The translations under genes were made by a program, and so were the position numbers. A stretch of 64,000 bases of DNA from Candidatus Freyarchaeum deiterrae. GTDB taxonomy: Archaea > Asgardarchaeota > Jordiarchaeia > Jordiarchaeales > Jordiarchaeaceae. Below the pieces are notes generated by a model. It ran no database searches and was not told the origin of the DNA. It was given only the letters and a program-made list of their open reading frames with translations. Of the stretch, positions 60,580 through 64,000 are shown piece by piece. Position 1 is the first letter of the stretch. Every line of letters begins with the position of its first letter. Where the stretch lies: assembly GCA_037305845.1 (NCBI GenBank), contig CP147778.1, positions 736,001-800,000 on the forward strand, given 5' to 3'.

Positions 60580-62580
60580 TTATTCTTGGAAGAATTCTTG
60601 TATCATCTTTTCTATGGCTATGAATGGTGAGTGGTAGCTTATGGGCATTGTTCTTTGTGCTAGCCATGAGGCTAGTCTGCTTTGGTTTGCGCGGTATGTG
60701 TATCTGCTGTCGAGGAGTATTCCTATGGCGTAATCGTTCTTATGTCTCCAGACTCTTCCCAGCGCTTGGTTTACTGCATTGAAAGCCTGGTCTAGATACC
60801 AGATGCTTCCCATTCCTTTTTGCTTTTTTTCATAGTACTCTCTCTGAGCTTTTACGCGGGGGTCCTTTACATTTGAGTAGGGTATTCCGACCAGAATGGC
60901 TGCGCGTCCTGTTTCATCGGGGAAATTCTGTCCCTCGCTGAGTTTCCCTCTTATGACGGCGAAGAGCGCTGCTTTGTTTTTTGCAGCCTCTTTTGAATAC
61001 ATGTCTGCCAGAACGGGTTTGCTTCCCCGTGTTTCGTAGAATGCTTGTGCTTGCAGGTTGTTCAGTATTCCGTGTTTTTCCCACAGGTCAAGCATGTCGT
61101 TCATGAGTTCGTATGATGGAAAAAAGACTATGGTTCCGTTTGGGATGTTTTTTATGAGTTCGACTATGGTGTTTCCGTAGTCCAGTAGGGTTTCTATGTC
61201 TTTGCGTTGCTCGAATTTTGTGGTGAGTGGTTTTTTGTTCAGTCCTTGGCTTATACTTAGTATCAGAATATTTTCCTCAGGGATTATTGTGGGATAACTC
61301 TGGAGGAAGGAGTCTCCCAGTCCCAGCCTTTGCGCTGTTCCTTCAAGGGGTGAAAGTGTGCCGCTGGTTAGTATGACCGCCCTGGGTTTTTCGTTTAAAA
61401 TCTGGTCGAAGCCTATTTTCGGCTCCAAGCAGAGCCACTCCAGTTGGGGATTGTTCTTGCTTCTCAGATTCAACACACCGACGTAGAACTTCTCGCTGGA
61501 CTGGAAGAAGTTTTCGAAGAAATGGTATACCCAGTAGACCCGCAGCCTATCAAGTATAATTATTTTGCCGCTTGCCGCCATTAGTTCACGCTGTATGTTT
61601 AGGATGACCGGCCAGTTGTCTAGGAAGTTTTTTATTCTTTCTTTTGTTACTCCGTGTTCATTCATCTCGGAGAGGATCAGTTCCTTAGTCAGTAGTTCCT
61701 CATTCTTGAGGTGTGTGCGGTTGAAGAATCTTAGGAGGAAGGCTAGAAACTCCTCTATGTCAGAAGCCCAAGAACGTTTTACTTCTTTTATTTCGTCCAA
61801 GGCTTGCTCAATGTTGAGACGTGATAGGGTGAAAGAAACATTTTCCTTGAGGAAATCTTCCATGTTGTGTGCTTCATCCAAAACCACAATCTGGTTCTGA
61901 TAATTAGAATCAATAAATAAATAGTTATAGGCGCCTATGACCACCTTGTACATCTGAGAGAGCAGTCTAGCAAGGTAGTAGGGGCAGATTTTATGCTTAG
62001 ACCCGTATTGGAGCATGCTCTCCACATTAGCCAGTGTGGGAGCGTCCTTTGGAATGATTGAGGGGATTGCTAGTTCCCCCATTTCGGATTTACAGTATAG
62101 TTCCATCCCTGAGGGTAAGCGTTCATTGCTTGTCAGGCTGACCTCTGGCCTAGATGAGGCGATTTCTACAAGGCTCTTATCATCATCGAAACTTCTAATG
62201 CGAGATAAACAGGTTTCGTTAGTGTAAAGGTAATCGTTGGAACGTCTCAGATTCTCATCGAGACAGAGCTGCACTCGAGAACCTCTAACCACCCCGGTTA
62301 CCTTATGTCCCAGCTCGTTAATCTTTTCCAGTTCGTAGGCAACCTGCCTCATCTGAGCGTGGGTTCTCGAATAGTAAAAAACTCGGTAAGGCGTACCAAC
62401 AGTAGCCGCGAGTATTGCGACAGTTTTACCGAAACCTGTGGGGGCCTCCAGAAAACCTACTCCTCCCTTCTCAACCAGTGACACGATATCTCTCATATAC
62501 GTCTCCTGTTGAGGATAAGGCTCGTAGGGAAAATACGATTTAATCTGTTCGCTCAGGCTTTTGGCGGTGTCTTCCTTCAA
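60580..62580 (-). CDS. XPD/Rad3/DinG-family Fe-S DNA helicase
   Basis: APTGFGKT, SRTHAQ, four Fe-S Cys (RVQLC, TC, YC, CPY), DEAHN, SGTLSP, QALGRVWRH. Confidence 0.92.
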   Translation of the reverse strand: MKEDTAKSLSEQIKSYFPYEPYPQQETYMRDIVSLVEKGGVGFLEAPTGFGKTVAILAATVGTPYRVFYYSRTHAQMRQVAYELEKINELGHKVTGVVRGSRVQLCLDENLRRSNDYLYTNETCLSRIRSFDDDKSLVEIASSRPEVSLTSNERLPSGMELYCKSEMGELAIPSIIPKDAPTLANVESMLQYGSKHKICPYYLARLLSQMYKVVIGAYNYLFIDSNYQNQIVVLDEAHNMEDFLKENVSFTLSRLNIEQALDEIKEVKRSWASDIEEFLAFLLRFFNRTHLKNEELLTKELILSEMNEHGVTKERIKNFLDNWPVILNIQRELMAASGKIIILDRLRVYWVYHFFENFFQSSEKFYVGVLNLRSKNNPQLEWLCLEPKIGFDQILNEKPRAVILTSGTLSPLEGTAQRLGLGDSFLQSYPTIIPEENILILSISQGLNKKPLTTKFEQRKDIETLLDYGNTIVELIKNIPNGTIVFFPSYELMNDMLDLWEKHGILNNLQAQAFYETRGSKPVLADMYSKEAAKNKAALFAVIRGKLSEGQNFPDETGRAAILVGIPYSNVKDPRVKAQREYYEKKQKGMGSIWYLDQAFNAVNQALGRVWRHKNDYAIGILLDSRYTYRANQSRLASWLAQRTMPISYHSPFIAIEKMIQEFFQE

Positions 62581-62733
62581 GAGAAAACCTCAGAAGACAA
62601 ATCTAAATAGAACAAGATATAAGACTTCCTATGACCAAAATATAGCATCTGTATCTATGAAGTATACTTGAAATACGCAAATCGAGCTAAAAATTATTTT
62701 GTAGAACTCTTTCCGGGTTTGAGGGTGTTTGAG

Positions 62734-63672
62734 TTGGAGAAAGTTTGTGTAGCTCTGGGAGGTAATGCTATTCTCGGGTATAAGAATAGGGGTACCGCCG
62801 AGGAACAGTTTGAGAATGTTAGGAGAACCGCTGAGTACTTGGTTCGGATGATTAAGGGAGGATACAAAATTATAATAACTCATGGAAACGGCCCTCAGGT
62901 AGGTGATATCCTAATTAAAAACGAGAGGTGCTCAGATGTTCTGCCGCCCATGCCTTTAGATGTGCTTGGGGCTGAAAGTCAGGGCATGATTGGGTATATG
63001 ATTCAACTGACAATGTGTAACGAGTTGCGGATAGCCGGGTTAAGTATTCCAGTCATCACCATAGTGACACAGGTTGTAATTGATGAGGATGATCCAGCGT
63101 TCGAAAGCCCTGAAAAATTTGTGGGTTCATTTTACACTGTTTGGGAGGCTGAAAAAATGAAAAGGGAGAGAGGTTGGATTCTTAGAGATGACGCGGGTCG
63201 AGGATTTAGAAGAGTGGTTCCCTCTCCTAGACCCAAATCTATCGTGGAAATCGATACCATAAAAAGATTATACGATGGAGGCACCTTGGTCATCGCATCT
63301 GGAGGAGGGGGAATACCAGTTGTTCAAAAAGAGAATGGTTCGCTTCAAGGGGTTGAGGCAGTGATAGACAAGGATCTAACCGCGGAGAGGTTGGCTACGA
63401 GCATCGGGGCAGGCACTCTCCTAATTCTCACTGATATCGAGGGAGTTGCCATAAATTTTAGAAAACCGAATCAGAAATTTCTCAAAGAGATGAGTATAGT
63501 ACAAGCAAGAGAGTACTTGGAACAGGGACAATTCGAACGAGGAAGCATGAAACCGAAAATTGAAGCCGCTGTGAAATTTATCACCGAGGGAGGGAAAAGG
63601 GTAATAATCTCCTCATTAGAAATGGGGGAAAAGGCATTAAAAGGTGGGGCAGGAACTCTGATTCATGTCTAA
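62734..63672 (+). CDS. arcC: Carbamate kinase
   Basis: ALGGNA, THGNGPQVG, RRVVPSP, GGGGIPV, EAVIDKD, GSMKPK. Confidence 0.95.
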   Translation: MEKVCVALGGNAILGYKNRGTAEEQFENVRRTAEYLVRMIKGGYKIIITHGNGPQVGDILIKNERCSDVLPPMPLDVLGAESQGMIGYMIQLTMCNELRIAGLSIPVITIVTQVVIDEDDPAFESPEKFVGSFYTVWEAEKMKRERGWILRDDAGRGFRRVVPSPRPKSIVEIDTIKRLYDGGTLVIASGGGGIPVVQKENGSLQGVEAVIDKDLTAERLATSIGAGTLLILTDIEGVAINFRKPNQKFLKEMSIVQAREYLEQGQFERGSMKPKIEAAVKFITEGGKRVIISSLEMGEKALKGGAGTLIHV

Positions 63673-63682
63673 TTTACACTTT

Positions 63683-64000
63683 CTACTCTTTTCCTAAAAT
63701 TTTGTCAAGTATGGATTTTTTATCTTTCTCCTTGACGAATTTTTCGAGAGTGTTAAAGTCTGATAGGGCGTTAAGCCGGCCCTTGAGGTTTATCGCTGCA
63801 AGCTGGGATATGTGGGAGTCTCCCATAACAACTATTACTCCCATTTTCTCCGTTACTTTCAAGAGGAATGAGCTGCTATTGCTGATGCTGTCACCTGCAT
63901 GCATTCCCGATAGGGGGAAAGTTTCGTAGTATTTGATGTATTCTTTGGGGACGCTTCCTTTTTCGCCCCAAATCTTGTAGTTTACATCGATTATGGCTAC
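63683..64000 (-). CDS. Hypothetical protein, paralog of 6677-7147 (5'-truncated by window edge)
   Basis: Frame open to the edge: VAIIDVNYKIWGEKGSVP...MHAGD...DSHISQLAAINLKGRLNALS. Confidence 0.8.
   Translation of the reverse strand, partial: VAIIDVNYKIWGEKGSVPKEYIKYYETFPLSGMHAGDSISNSSSFLLKVTEKMGVIVVMGDSHISQLAAINLKGRLNALSDFNTLEKFVKEKDKKSILDKILGKE

Noticed and set aside
1-64000. CRISPR arrays, IS elements, integrases, rRNA, canonical tRNA
   Set aside because: No regularly spaced repeats, transposase/integrase motifs or rRNA/tRNA signatures were seen by eye.

Overview
Gene-dense archaeal chromosomal segment of roughly 40% GC (estimated by eye), with TATA/BRE promoters, oligo-T terminators and frequent TTG/GTG starts. 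Two stand-alone longin-like proteins, an alpha-SNAP-like TPR protein and methanofuran/H4MPT-linked genes point to an anaerobic Asgard archaeon; this taxonomy is inference only. Recognisable genes: porB (partial), sucCD, ileS, gdhA, thrC, arcC, an XPD/Rad3 helicase, mfnD/mfnF plus a HisA-like gene, two ABC systems, four MBL-fold hydrolases and a PIN toxin-antitoxin pair. I found no rRNA, canonical tRNA, CRISPR array or transposase. Best hidden signal: a gene missed by the ORF track (39980-40336, +) whose frame continues through one in-frame TGA in a HesB-like AUGG (U = Sec) motif. It is followed by a kink-turn hairpin resembling a non-canonical eukaryote-type SECIS, so it is a probable selenoprotein. 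Other leads: several structured intergenic RNA candidates (best at 49917-50057), a degenerate-nuclease/divergent-MetE/ArsR operon, a SAMP-like protein with residues after its GG motif, and two diverged membrane paralogs that keep near-identical leaders and terminators. All family calls come from motif recognition by eye, not database searches.
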